NCBI GenBank assembly: GCA_964637515.1
Contig: CAZWUI010000001.1
Location: 45,739 to 109,738, forward strand
Direction: 5' to 3'
Length of the DNA: 64,000 bases
Source of the DNA: an uncultured Bacteroidaceae bacterium
GTDB lineage: Bacteria; Bacillota; Clostridia; Christensenellales; CAG-917
The notes beneath the pieces were generated by a model. The model worked only from the letters and a program-made list of their open reading frames with translations, was not told the origin of the DNA and did not search any database. A program made the translations under genes and the position numbers. The stretch's first letter is position 1. Each line of letters begins with the position of its first letter. Below are positions 19,501 to 31,500 of this stretch, piece by piece.

Positions 19501-22500
19501 AAGGTCGCCAAGGAGAGATTCGATATCAAGGTCCGCTCCGCCGAGCAAGTCGCCGAGATTGAGGGACATAATTCTCGAATAGTTGGTGAAGTCGGAGGTG
19601 GGTTTGTAGTATACTCCGCCCTCTTCAACTTTCACGCTGACGCCGTCGACGAGTGCGAGATCGTCGATTTCTGCGAATTGTCCTGCGACTCCGCTACCAA
19701 CGTACTTGTAGAGTGCGCCCTTGACGGAGCTATCCCAAACGTTGCCGTCTTCGTCGTAGAGTTTTTCGTCAAGCACGCGCACGAACTTGGTTTCGCAACG
19801 CTTGAATACCCACACGCCGTTTGCGACTGCATTGTTGAATGCCGCTTCGTTTGCGTAGACGGTGGTTGCTTTGACGTAGTACTTGTCGTCGACTTTGACA
19901 ACGTCGATACCGTTTGCGGACTTCGCATTGCCCACTTTGATATATGCGTCCGCAAATGCGGTGCTATCGTCGCGGGTGAAGTTTGCATAGTAGAATGCGT
20001 AGTTATCTGCGATATCGGGATCGGTGTCGTAGGAGTTTTGATAGGTGGTATTGCGCTCGTTGAAGCTTTCAACCGTACCGAAGTCGATAACAGAGCTATC
20101 TTCGGTGCCGTTGAAGAGTTGAAGCTTGATGAGCAAGTCAAGCACGCCCTTCGTGCCGTCTTCGTTGAAGAGTGCGAGATCGATACCGATCGAGTACGGG
20201 CTGAGCTTGAAGTCAAGACCGACGGTGAAGTTCGGGAGAATATCTTCATCGAGGTCGAGTCCGAGCAATCCGAGGAGCAAGTTCACGAATCCCTTTGTAA
20301 CCTTGAGAGCAAGAGTACGAGTGTAGAGATTGACGAATATGCCGGAGATTTCGGGGTTTGCGTATGCGTTGACGAGTCTGTCGCCATCTGCAGATGCGAG
20401 TGCATCGCTTGACGCACCGAGAGAAATGGAGCCGTCAAGGAGTCCTGCGACGAGTTCTTCAACAGAATATTGACTGAGATCAACGGAAAGTTTCGCGCCT
20501 TCGCCAAGGAGCCATTCAAGGTCGAGATTGAGTCCTGCAACGCCGGTGTCTTCATCGCGGTTGTAGTACAAGCCGAGCATATGAGTGAGAGTGCCGTCTG
20601 CGCCTGCCGCCGCATCGTTTTCTCTGCGCCATGCGTCGATTGCAAGGTCAATGTCGAAGATGTTCATCTTGATTTCGGGCAAGAAGTCGAGTCTGAACGA
20701 CAAACCGATCTTGATCTCGAAGAGAACTTCGCCACTGAAACTTTCAAGGACTTGGAGTGCGATTCCGTCAAGGTCGCCAAGGAGTCCGCCAAGGACTTCG
20801 GCAACGTTGGTTTCAACGCCGGTGGAATAGAGCACGTAGTCGTTTGCGCTGAGGCCATCCCCTGCTGCGAGTTGCTTGTAGCCGCCTTGATACATGGTGT
20901 ATCTGTGTTCGGGTGCAACGTAGACTTCGGATGCGCTGTTATTGAGGTCTGCGAGAGTGTAGCTGCCGCCGGTTGCGTTGAGAATGTCGAGATATTCGTT
21001 CACCGATACGTAATCGTAGTAACCCGTGGTGTAGATTCCGCCGCGGATGGTGAGCGAGATGTAGAACATATCGTCGGTGTCGACGTAGGAGATAGCCTTG
21101 CTACCGTCGTAGAGGGACATGCTCGTGACGGCTTCCTTGGTTGCGACGAAGTCGTTCGTCCAATCGTTGGAATCGAAGTTATCTGCGAGATAATCCGCAA
21201 GTTTGACGTAGGTTCTGTTCCATTCGTCGTAGACGTAGTAGTTGATTTGTTCTGCGGTGTAGCGAGGCATGCTTGCAAGTTCCGCACCTGCGCTTGCATA
21301 GAGAACGAATACTTCGTTTGCGTAATCCCAAACGTATTCGCCCGTGCCGTCGACTTGGACGGTTTCATATGCGTTGCTTGCCTTTTCGATGATATTCTTG
21401 CCGGTTGCGCGGACGAAGAGATCCGCATCGGTGAGTTCACCGACACCGTATTTCTCACGATTGTCCGCGGTATTTCTCACGTAGACGTCACGATACTTCT
21501 CTCTCTTGTAGAGAGTGTCGGATTCGAGCTTGATACGAGGAGAATATCCGAGTTCGGTGATTTCGAGTTGCAGATAGAAGTTGTAGCCTTCTTCCACACT
21601 GCGACCGAAGCTCGTGCCTGCGGTGAAGTCGATCATTTGACCGTTTGCATAGTCAACGGTGGTGAAGTAATCCTTGACGTTCGTATACTTGCCGTCTGCG
21701 TACACGTACAAGTCTTCGGCGAGAATAGGATAGTATTCGCCGTGGTAGTACATATAACGGACGTTGTCGAGATAGTTGTCATAGACGTCTACACCGTGGT
21801 CTTGCGAGCCGTTGGGCATACCTTCGATCCATTGATCGGAAGTGTTCACATCACCGATGAAGGTGTAGAGATAATCGTCGACCTTGAAGTATTTTGCGCC
21901 TTCGGGAGCCGCTTCGCCGTATGCGGTTTCATACTCTGCGGGAGTGATGTATTCTTGCTCTCTTGCACCGAATTCGGGGAATCCGATATTGATGCCGAGT
22001 TCATATTCCCACAGATAGAGCATGACGGACAAGAAGGGTTTTCTGACGCCTTCTTCCTTCGCGGAAACGAGCATTTCGTTGTATGCGATTTGTTCAAATA
22101 CGTAGTAGACTTCGACGGGTGAATCCGCGGTCGCTCTTTCGTATTGACCGTCGCCGACGTGATAGTATACATCGGTTGCGGAAGTTGCGTCTTTTCTGAG
22201 ATAGTACTTGTAATCGCCGGTGGTCAGGTCTTTTTCAGCACTGGACTTCTCGAAAGGAGTCGCCTTGGTGAGAAGTTGATAATAATCCGAACCGCTGTTG
22301 ACAATCTTGATATACGCTTCGTAAGTTGCGAGCGTGTAGTAGAACTTCGTGCCTGCGGTCACTTGTGCTTCGTAGTCTGCGATTTCCGCTTCGGTGAGTC
22401 TGTCTGCCATTTCGGACTTGAGATAGTAGACGGTCTTGCCTGCGCTTTCGACTGCGAAGTAAGTGCCGGTTGCATTGTTCTTCTCATAGCTGAAACGGAA

Positions 22501-25500
22501 GTCGGATTGTCTTCTTTCCGCCTCGGTCGTATCGGCGTGTTCTTTGTAGAGATACGTCGAACGGTCGGTGTTGATTTGGACGTAAGGTTGCTTTTCGAAG
22601 TTGTAGTTGAATTGCAAGCTGTCTTCACCGAGCAAGAGCTTGAGAAGTGCGTTGATATAGTCCGCTTGCACGATTGCACGGACATAGGTGTTGGTGATTC
22701 TGATACCCCAAACGAATGCGGTAACGTATGCCGCGATGTCGTCGCTCAAGAGCGGGAGTTCCGCAGTTGCGGTTGCGGTGCTGCCTGCCGCGAGTGCATC
22801 GGATTCGCTTTCTCCGCCGAAGACACCGGGAAGGAGATTGCTTGCGATGTCACGGAGGGAGTAGGAATTGATGTACACGCTCGGGATCGAGAAGTAGCTC
22901 AAATCGAGATACAGACCGCCTTTGACGCGTTTGTAGGTGCCGTAGTTGTTTTGATAGAAGTAAGAGGAGTCGTAACTGTATCTCTTGTTGCCGTAGAGCA
23001 TCAAGTCGGTGTTTGCGGTTACGAGTTTGTATTCGCCATCCGCGGAGTCATAGTAATAGTCACCGCTCTTCGCAACGAAGTAGTGGCTATATCTTTCTTC
23101 GGGTGCGATATATTCGTCGCTTGCGGGGTTGGTTTCAGATGCCGTGAGTTTTTCAAATTCACCGCCGATCATGTAGATACCAAGGAGAGTACGGGTTTCA
23201 CTCTTCGCGATAGAAGAGTCGTGCTCTTGTTTATCCATTGCGGTGGAATTCAAGATAGCGGACACGTTGATGAAACTGAGCAAGTCGCCGATATTGAGTT
23301 GTTCACTGCCGAATGCGTTGATGATGACGTTGAACAGGTCGATGATGGAGATATCTTCGTCAAGGTCGCTGAAGTCAACGTTGACGTCGAATTGACGGAA
23401 GTAGTTGACGAGTGCCGCAAACTTGATTTCGACGTTAAGGATGAGTTCCATCTTTCTGTCGAGGTCACCGTTCATATCCGAAACGGCGGAGATTTGTGCT
23501 TTGAGAGAGTCGGGATCGACGTCGGGGAAGAGCATTTCAAGCACTTCGCTCAAGTCGATATCCGCATCCTTCTTGAAGGAAGTCGTGATGTCAATGACTT
23601 CGGTGAGAGTGATACGGTCGAGTTCGGTGATTTCTTCATATTCGGAGAGTTCTTCCGCCGAGAGAGTGTAGTCGTGTTCGGTGGTGAAATCAAGGGATAC
23701 GTTGCGGACGCCGACGAGCAAACTGAGTTCTGCATCGTAGCCGTTGCCGTTTGCGGCGTAGCCCGCTTGACGACGATAGACTACGGAGCCTTCTTCTCTG
23801 CCGCCTTCATAGTCGTTTCTGGCGTATCTTCTTTCTTGAGAAACGGTTTCGTTGGGTGCGAGTTCGCGATAAGAACCGTCGTCGAGACGATAGAAGTTGC
23901 CGTCGTTATTTTGAGTGAAGTAGTAGTCGCCTTCGATCTTGTTCGCTTCGTCCTTGACAACGGGAGTTACACCGTCTGCAAGTGCGACGTAGCGGTCGCC
24001 TTCGATGGAAACGGTTGCGCCGATTTCGACGTTCAAACCGTCGTTGATATCAAGGTTGACGTCTGCGCCAAAGATCAAATCATCAGGGATATAATCGCTG
24101 AGATCAAGGCCCTCGATGAGCATTTCGATGATCGTGCGGAGGAATCTGTTTGCGATGCTGACAGAGAGTGCGCGTCTGTTGATGAGCAACAACACGTCAA
24201 CGTTGTTTGCATTGACTTCCGCCGCTGCGAATGCGTCGCTAGAAGAATCGCCTTCGGGGAGTTCGGTGTCTGCGTAAGCATTGTCGAAGATACCGCCGAG
24301 ATATTGTTCGATGAGTCCCGAAACTATGGTCGAAGTGATGCTGAGTTTGGGCATGCCGAGGAACGGAATGTCAATGTAGAAGACGTTCTGCACGTAGTAT
24401 GCGGCAAGCCAAATGTTCTCTGCGCCGGTTTCAGAGATGTTGATGAGTTCGAGTTTGATCTCGGAGTTGAGAAGCTCGGAGAAGTCGAGCATGATGCCCA
24501 CGTCGAGACGGAAGTGTGCGGAAGAGTAACCCTTCGCGGTGGAAGGAATGTCAATCTTGACGCCTTCGAGGTTGCCGAGCACTTGTGCGAAGATCATTCC
24601 GAAGTCGATTTCACCTTCGGTGATACCGAATTCGAGTTCAAGCGAGAGATTGAGAGATACGGTTGCCTCATAGAAAGGTGCGAGTGCGACGTATTCTTTG
24701 CCGTCTCTGCTCTTTTCTTCAAGTATGTAAGAAGGCATGAGAGAATCGCTTGCACCGAATCCGATGTCAAGACCGTTCAGTTTGAGACCGATATCAATTG
24801 CGTTTGCGGTGATATTGAGCCCGATACCGAATTGATTGAGCTTGGTGAAGTAGTCAGGTTGTCTGTAGAAGGTGCCTTCCTTGTCTTGCACGTAGCCGAA
24901 GTATCTGTCTGCGAAGGTGTCAACTTTGGTATATCCACCTGCGTAGATATAGTAACTTTCGCTAATATCGTAGCCGTTTTGAGCGATTTCGAGCGCATCT
25001 ACGGGTTCAAAGTTGATGCCGTTTCTGACGTACACGGTGTAACGCTCGGTGTCGAAATGTTCCGCTTTTGCTTGGAGAGAGTATCTCTTGCCGTCGTAGC
25101 TTTCGCCTGCGCCGATGAGTACGTATGCGTCGCCGACTTTCTTGTAGGTGCCTGCGTCGTCAAGGACGTATTCGGTTTCGGTGAGAGAAACGATGGTTGC
25201 GTATCTGCCGTGAGTCTTATTCTCTTTCCAGACGATTTCGTCGTAGTAGGAATATCTCTCGCTGGTGGGCATGATGAGAATGTAGCTGTCGTTGGTCGTG
25301 CCGCCGCTGACGTAGGTGCTGTGCTTGTAGTAAGCAGTATCCCAAACGTCTTCGGGAGTGGTGTCGTCGGCTTTTGCGAAGGTAACGTCATATCTCGTTG
25401 CACCTGCGGGGATTTCCGCATCGGTTTCTGCGAAGATATAGTAACTTCTGCTATTCTCTGCCTTACCGTTGAGATTGATACTTTCGATATAATATCTGCC

Positions 25501-28500
25501 CTCTGCGTTTTCGGTTGCGGACACTACGTAGTAGGCGTCGCCGTCGTTCACGTCTTTGATGGACGCTGCGGTATCCTTTGCGAAGTCAACGTATGCGTAC
25601 TTGCCGGTTTCAAAGTCGAGAGAAACTTCGAGTTTGTTGAAGATTTCGTCAAGAGAACCAAGATCGGGAAGAAGTGCGCCGACAAGGAGGGAGATGATGG
25701 ATTTGGTGATGACGATTTGAGTTGCGACGTCGGAAAGAATGAGTTCGATGATTGCAGTTCTTTCCACCGTGTAATCGCCTGCCACGGGATTTTCGCCTGC
25801 AGGATCAATACCTTCGTCGGTTGCCGCAAGTGCTTCGCCTTGTCCCGCTGCGTTGGTGCTGTCTCCGCCGAGAAGTTCGAGGAGCATATCAACGAAGTTG
25901 GGAATATAGGAGTAACCGTCCGTAACGTTGAAGAGTTCTACGCCGTTAAGGTACAAGTTGCCGTTGTAGAGATAGATACCGCCTTTGACGTTGTAATTTC
26001 CGTTTGCGTCGACGGTGACGTTGCCTTCGTTGTCGGTGTCAAGAATTTCGAGTGCGACTTCGAGAGTGGTCAAATCACTGTTTGCAAGGAATGCGTTCAT
26101 ATCTCCGCCGATAAGGGAGGATACGTCAAGGGAGTTGAGATCGAGTTTCACGCCGACTCTGACTGCGACTCCGTCGTGGAATGCAGAACCCGTCTTTGCA
26201 TTGATGACCATATCTCTGATGTAGTTTTCGACAAGACCGCCGAGTTCGAGAGTGTCGATATCGTTGCTGTCGAAATACAAGCTGAGATTGAGTCCGAGAT
26301 AGATGTTTTGAGTGCCTGCGTTTTCACCCGAAGCAGTGCCGTTGATCATGGACATAATGTTTTCGACGTAGTCGGTTATGTCGATGAAGTCGGATTTTTC
26401 GAGTTCGGACAAAGGTCTGGTGTAATCGGTGTCCGCAAGGGTAATATCAAAGCCTACGCCGAGTTTGAGTGCGACGTTGATACCCGTGAGAGTGCTGAGT
26501 CTGATGCCCAAGGAAAGTTTGTCGTCAAGGTCCGCATCCTTCCAAGTGAGGAAGAGTCCGCTTTCCGTGTCGTCAAGGTTGAGCATGCCGAGGTCGATGT
26601 TTTGTCCGGTGATTGCGCTGACGAGTCCGGTGATGAATGTGGAGTTGACGAGAATATCAAGGCTATCCCAGTTGTCATACCAATATTCGCCGTTTCTGTA
26701 GACGGTGGAGCATCTGAAGATGATGCGTTTGATGATCATATTGATATAGTCGAGAATGCCGAGTTCGCCGTCTGCCGCCGCAACCGCTGCACTTGAGCTA
26801 CCGCCGCCGATAAGGTCGATAATGAAGTCGAGTCCGAGAGTGAGTCTGGGTCCGCCGAGTTCGCCGAGATCAACGTAGAGTTGACCGTCCATGAGATAGA
26901 TACCGATCATGACTTCGTTCTTCTCACCCTTGTTCATGACGAGTTGTACGCCGACTTCGAGTGCGGAGAGTATGGTGTCGAGATCGAAGTTGAAGTCATC
27001 GAATTGTGCGTCCAAAATGGAGTCGAATCCGAGTTTTTCAAGGTCGATTGCGCCGAAGATCTTGACAACGATATCGTCGTCGAGCGGGTCGTTCAGATAG
27101 ATGTTCAGACCAAGTCTTTCAAGGAGTGCACTGACAATATTCTTGAGAGTGCCTTCTTCGAGTCCGCTGATTGCGTTCTTGATTGCGTCAAGGCTCAAGA
27201 TTGCGTCGATGAGATCACCGAGTTCGATAGGATCTTTTATGTACAATCCGTTCGGATCTTGCACGTATCTGCCGTCCGAAGTACGCTTGGAGTAGCGTTC
27301 GTCATCGGGATAGAGGCTTGCCGCTTCTTCGTCTACGAGAGTGAAGGTCGGGTTCAAGCTATATTCGAGCACGAGTTCAAGGGAGAAGGACACGATCTTG
27401 CTGTCGCGATACTTGTTGAAACGATTTTCTGCCGCTTCACCGGTGTATCTGTAATAGGTGGTGCCTTCTACGTAAGTGCCTTCTTCGTTGAGTGCATACG
27501 CGCCATCCTTATAAATATACGCGTGCGCGGGATCGAGATAGTTTGCATTGCCTTCGACTTTTTCGTCGTCGGTGAGCACTCTGTAGTTGCCCGAGTGTTG
27601 AGGTTGTTTCAGTGCGTTTTCGATGGTCGCGCTGACGGATGCAAACTCTTTGCCTGCGGTTACGCAAGGTTGTTTGACGTAAACACCGAGATTGAGGAGG
27701 GTGCTTGCGATTTCGATTGCAACTTGACTGTTTTCAAAGTCAATGCCTGCACTGAGTTCAAGACCGAGATCGGGCAAGCGGTCAAGAGATTCGCCGATAT
27801 TGCCGGTCGTGCCTTCTGCGGACACGAGATCAACGATGAACGCAATGAGAGTGAGTATGACTTTTTGGCTGATGACCAAAGAGATGTTTTCGTTTGCGAT
27901 GCCAAGGACGATTTCGAGTGCGTCTGCCGCGCTAACCGCTCTGCCCTCTTCTTCCGCCGCCATTGCTTCGGATCCGGAAGTTTCTTCACCGAGCAGATTT
28001 CTGATCATACCGACAAGATATTCGAGAAGGAACGTATCTTCGATGAGTACGTCTTCGTCGGACAAGATGCCCATATCGATCATGATGGTGCTTTCAAAGA
28101 GATAGATACCGAGAATGTTTTCGCCTTTGATAAGATTTCTGAGTTCGAGAACGATTTCGGTTTCGATCGGGTTTTCAAGATTGAGATTTGCACCGAGATA
28201 GAGTTCCGCGTCAAGGACGATGTCCTTTTCGATTTCGATACCCGCAGAGAGCAGGAAGTCTGCGATGAATGCGGACACGAGATCGTTGACGGGGAGTTCT
28301 TTGTTGGGTTGATCTTGAGTGTCGAGCAATTCGAGCTTGAGTTCAAGAGCAAGTTCAAGTGCGATAACGTCAAAGTTATCCTTGCTGATATATTCGTCGG
28401 GGTTGATTGCGTAGTATTTGCTCACGACGGAGTTTGCATCGGAGAAACCAATGCTGAGTCCGCTGAGAGTGAGTCCTACGTTGAAGGGATCAATGCCGAC

Positions 28501-31500
28501 TGCAAGGTCGAGTTTGTAAGGATTGAATCCGATACGGATATAGCTTTCGGCCGCATTGAGTGCGATGAAGTTCGTCGCAAGGTCTGCCGAGCCGTAGTTG
28601 CCGTCTTTGCTTTCGACGTAAGATACGCTTTCGTCTGCGCCCACTATTCTATTGAAACGCGCGCCCGTGTACGTACCCGCTTCGGTTGCGGTGAGTGCAA
28701 CGTAGTTGTAAGACACTCTGTAAGTGCCGCTTTCGCTTTCCACGTAGTTGCCGTCAACGAGTTCGTATCTGGTGCCTTCATAGCTTGCGTCCGCAATGAC
28801 GTAGCTTGCTTCGCGTCTATAAGTGCCTGCGGTGGAAGAATAGTACTTGCCGTTGATTCTTTCAAATCTTTCACCGGTGTAAGTGCCGATTTCTTCCGCG
28901 GTAAGTTCACGATACGCCATATCGGGACTGAGAAGTTCGATGACGGTTGCGATGAGTCCGCTTGCAAGATAGACGGTGATGCTTTCGCTGTTTGCATTGA
29001 GTCCGCCGAGTGCTCCACCGAGAATATTAACGAGAGTGCCGAGAATATCGCTACCGCCGCTTTCTTCGGTGGTTTCACCTTCCGCCGCCGCGAGTGCAGC
29101 AGAACCCGAACCGCTTTCTTCGGAAGATCCGCCGATGAGTGCGCCAAGGTTGAAGTCCGCGATTGCAATGTGCAAATCGTCGACTATATCCATGTTTCCG
29201 TCTATGTAAAGCGTGCCCGTGGAAAGGCCGGTGGGTTGAGAAGGATCGTCGCAAAGGAGAGTGATTGCAAGTGCTCTCGTGGTCGCTCCGCTTGCGATTG
29301 CCGCTTCGTCGTAAACACCGCTATATATTTCGATAGCAATATCAGAGTGAGAGAGAATGTAGTTAATATCCGCTATATCTGCGGGGTTGAATCTGAGTTT
29401 CACCGCGATACGGAAGCCGAGATATTCAGCCACGTCGTAAGGAATGTCGAAAGCAATCATAAGTCTTTCGAGAAGTCCCGCAACGCCTTCGTTCAGAGAG
29501 TCTTCGGACAAGAACAAGGAAACCCAATCGCCGATAGGCCAGTTGTCTGCATTGCTATACGCCTTGAGATTGATAGTTCCGCAGAGTTCGAGATAGACTT
29601 GTTCAAGGCTGATTTGCATATTGCCATTCTCATCGTAGCCAAGCAAGCTGATGAGAGTGTAGGCGTCGTCACCGCTGGTGGTAAGTCCCGCCAAAGGTTC
29701 GTCCGCAGAAGATCCGAACGGATGAATGGGTTGTGCAGTGTGATCAATGCTGATACCGGGGTGTTTGATCGTGACGTCCAAACTGCCGGTTACGTTGTTG
29801 TTTGCGTCTTTGACTTGGAGTCCAATTCCGAGGAGATTGTCGCTTGCAAGGTCGGACCAAGCAAGGTCGAGTGCAACGTCAACAATTGCTGCGTTGATGC
29901 CCACTTTGTCCCAAAGGAGTTCCGCAAGACCTTGCAACAACTTGACGCTGAGTGCGCCGTCGGAGATGACGAGAGATGCAAGAAGTGCAATGTCGAATCT
30001 CGTCGGATCGTAAGTCATATCGTCGCTTGCGACGAGTGCCGCACTGCCTGCAGTCGTAGGATTGACTTCCGCATTTTCACCAACGATAAGGCTCATGATG
30101 AGTTCCATCAAATCAAGGTCGATTGCGACTTTTTCAATGCCGAAGTTCTCCGCATCGAGATAAACTTTTCCGCCCGCATAGTAGATGCCAAGGATAAGAG
30201 TGTCGCTCTCCCCTGCCTTCGTCGCATTCTTGACGAGTTCGATGAGAATTTGAGAATTGTTGCCTTCGGTGTAAACCTTATTTGCACCGAGCAAGTAGTC
30301 GATGAGAGGTTTGAGATCGAGTCCCGCTTCGATTTTGAGGGTGTAGTCGAGTGCTATGTCTTCTTCAAACACGAGATTTCCGCCTGCGCTCAAAGGAGTG
30401 TTGCCTGCGTTCATCGTCGCATCGAGACCGAGTTCGAGACCGAGATACACGTTGGGAGTTTCAAAAATATTCACCCAATCGTAGTCGGGAGGAGTGAGCA
30501 TTGAGCTTGCGGGCACTTCGTTGAGTCCGAGATTGAGTTCGCCAAGCGCAATGGAAAGTTCGAAACCGTTGCCGATTCCGAGATATACGAGAAGTTCTAG
30601 TTCGGTGAGATTGAGTCCGTCTGCGAGAGTGATACGGACGCCACCGTGAGTCTTTTCGTCGATAAGGTTGCTGGTCACGTCGGTGCCGACGAGCTTGTAG
30701 TAGGTATTGCCTTCGACAAGTGCGCCTTCAACGATGGTGATAACGCCGTGTTCGTCTGCTTCGAAAACGGTTTCGGTGAACGTGCCTTGATTGTAGCCCA
30801 CGATTTCTTCGGGAGTGAGTTCCGCAAAGTCTTCAAGACTGGTGGTCACGCCGAGAAGTTCAAACACCTTGGAGATAAGGTTGTTGACAAGTGCGATTTC
30901 AAGGTAGTTGTTGCCGAGAGTTACACCGCTAAGGAGTCCCGCAACGACGGAGATGATTTGACTGGTGTCTGCGCCTTCGGTGCCTTCACCTTCGGTGGTT
31001 TCGCCTTCCGCCGCAAGTGCTTCGGATGCGCCTTCACTGCCGCCCGAGATAAGTCCCATTATGACGTCCGCGGGGATTGCAATGTCCATACCACCGAGAA
31101 CGTCGTCTCTGGTGTGGAGATAAATAGTGCCGCCCGAGAGCCAAATATCAATGCCGTTTTCGGATTTGTCGGTGTTGCCGAGCCCGATATGGAAATCGGA
31201 TTCGAGAAGTCCTGCTATATTGAACGCGCCGTTTTCGTCAAGGAGTTTGCCGAGATCGAGACCGACGTTCGCTTCGATGACGAGTTTGCTCGTTTGATCG
31301 AAGGTGTTCGCAAACGCTACGAACGCTTGAATAAGCAAGCTGTTGTTGCTTGCGATTTCAAGGTTGCCGAGTTGTCCTTCGAGTGCGTAAAGACCAATGG
31401 TTGCACTCAAAGATACGTATACGGTGTCGAGAGCAGACAAGAGTGCATCGACGAGAGCACCGCCGACGTCGTCCGTACCCGAAATGATTTCTACAATGTC

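Noticed and set aside
22144-26796. 1,550-aa '+' strand ORF and its siblings inside the giant gene: 8080..10920, 11611..12864, 13159..14364, 14716..15660, 15832..18753, 18784..19374, 19678..20412, 20470..22122, 26881..30504, 30646..32958.
   Set aside because: All lie in the codon-aligned antisense frame of the 8,671-aa ORF and are open only because sense TTA/CTA/TCA codons are avoided. Their translations are low-complexity (V/D/F/C/G/E-rich) with no SD, no motifs and no sensible starts. They end exactly at rare sense TCA/TTA/CTA codons. They are shadow ORFs, not genes.
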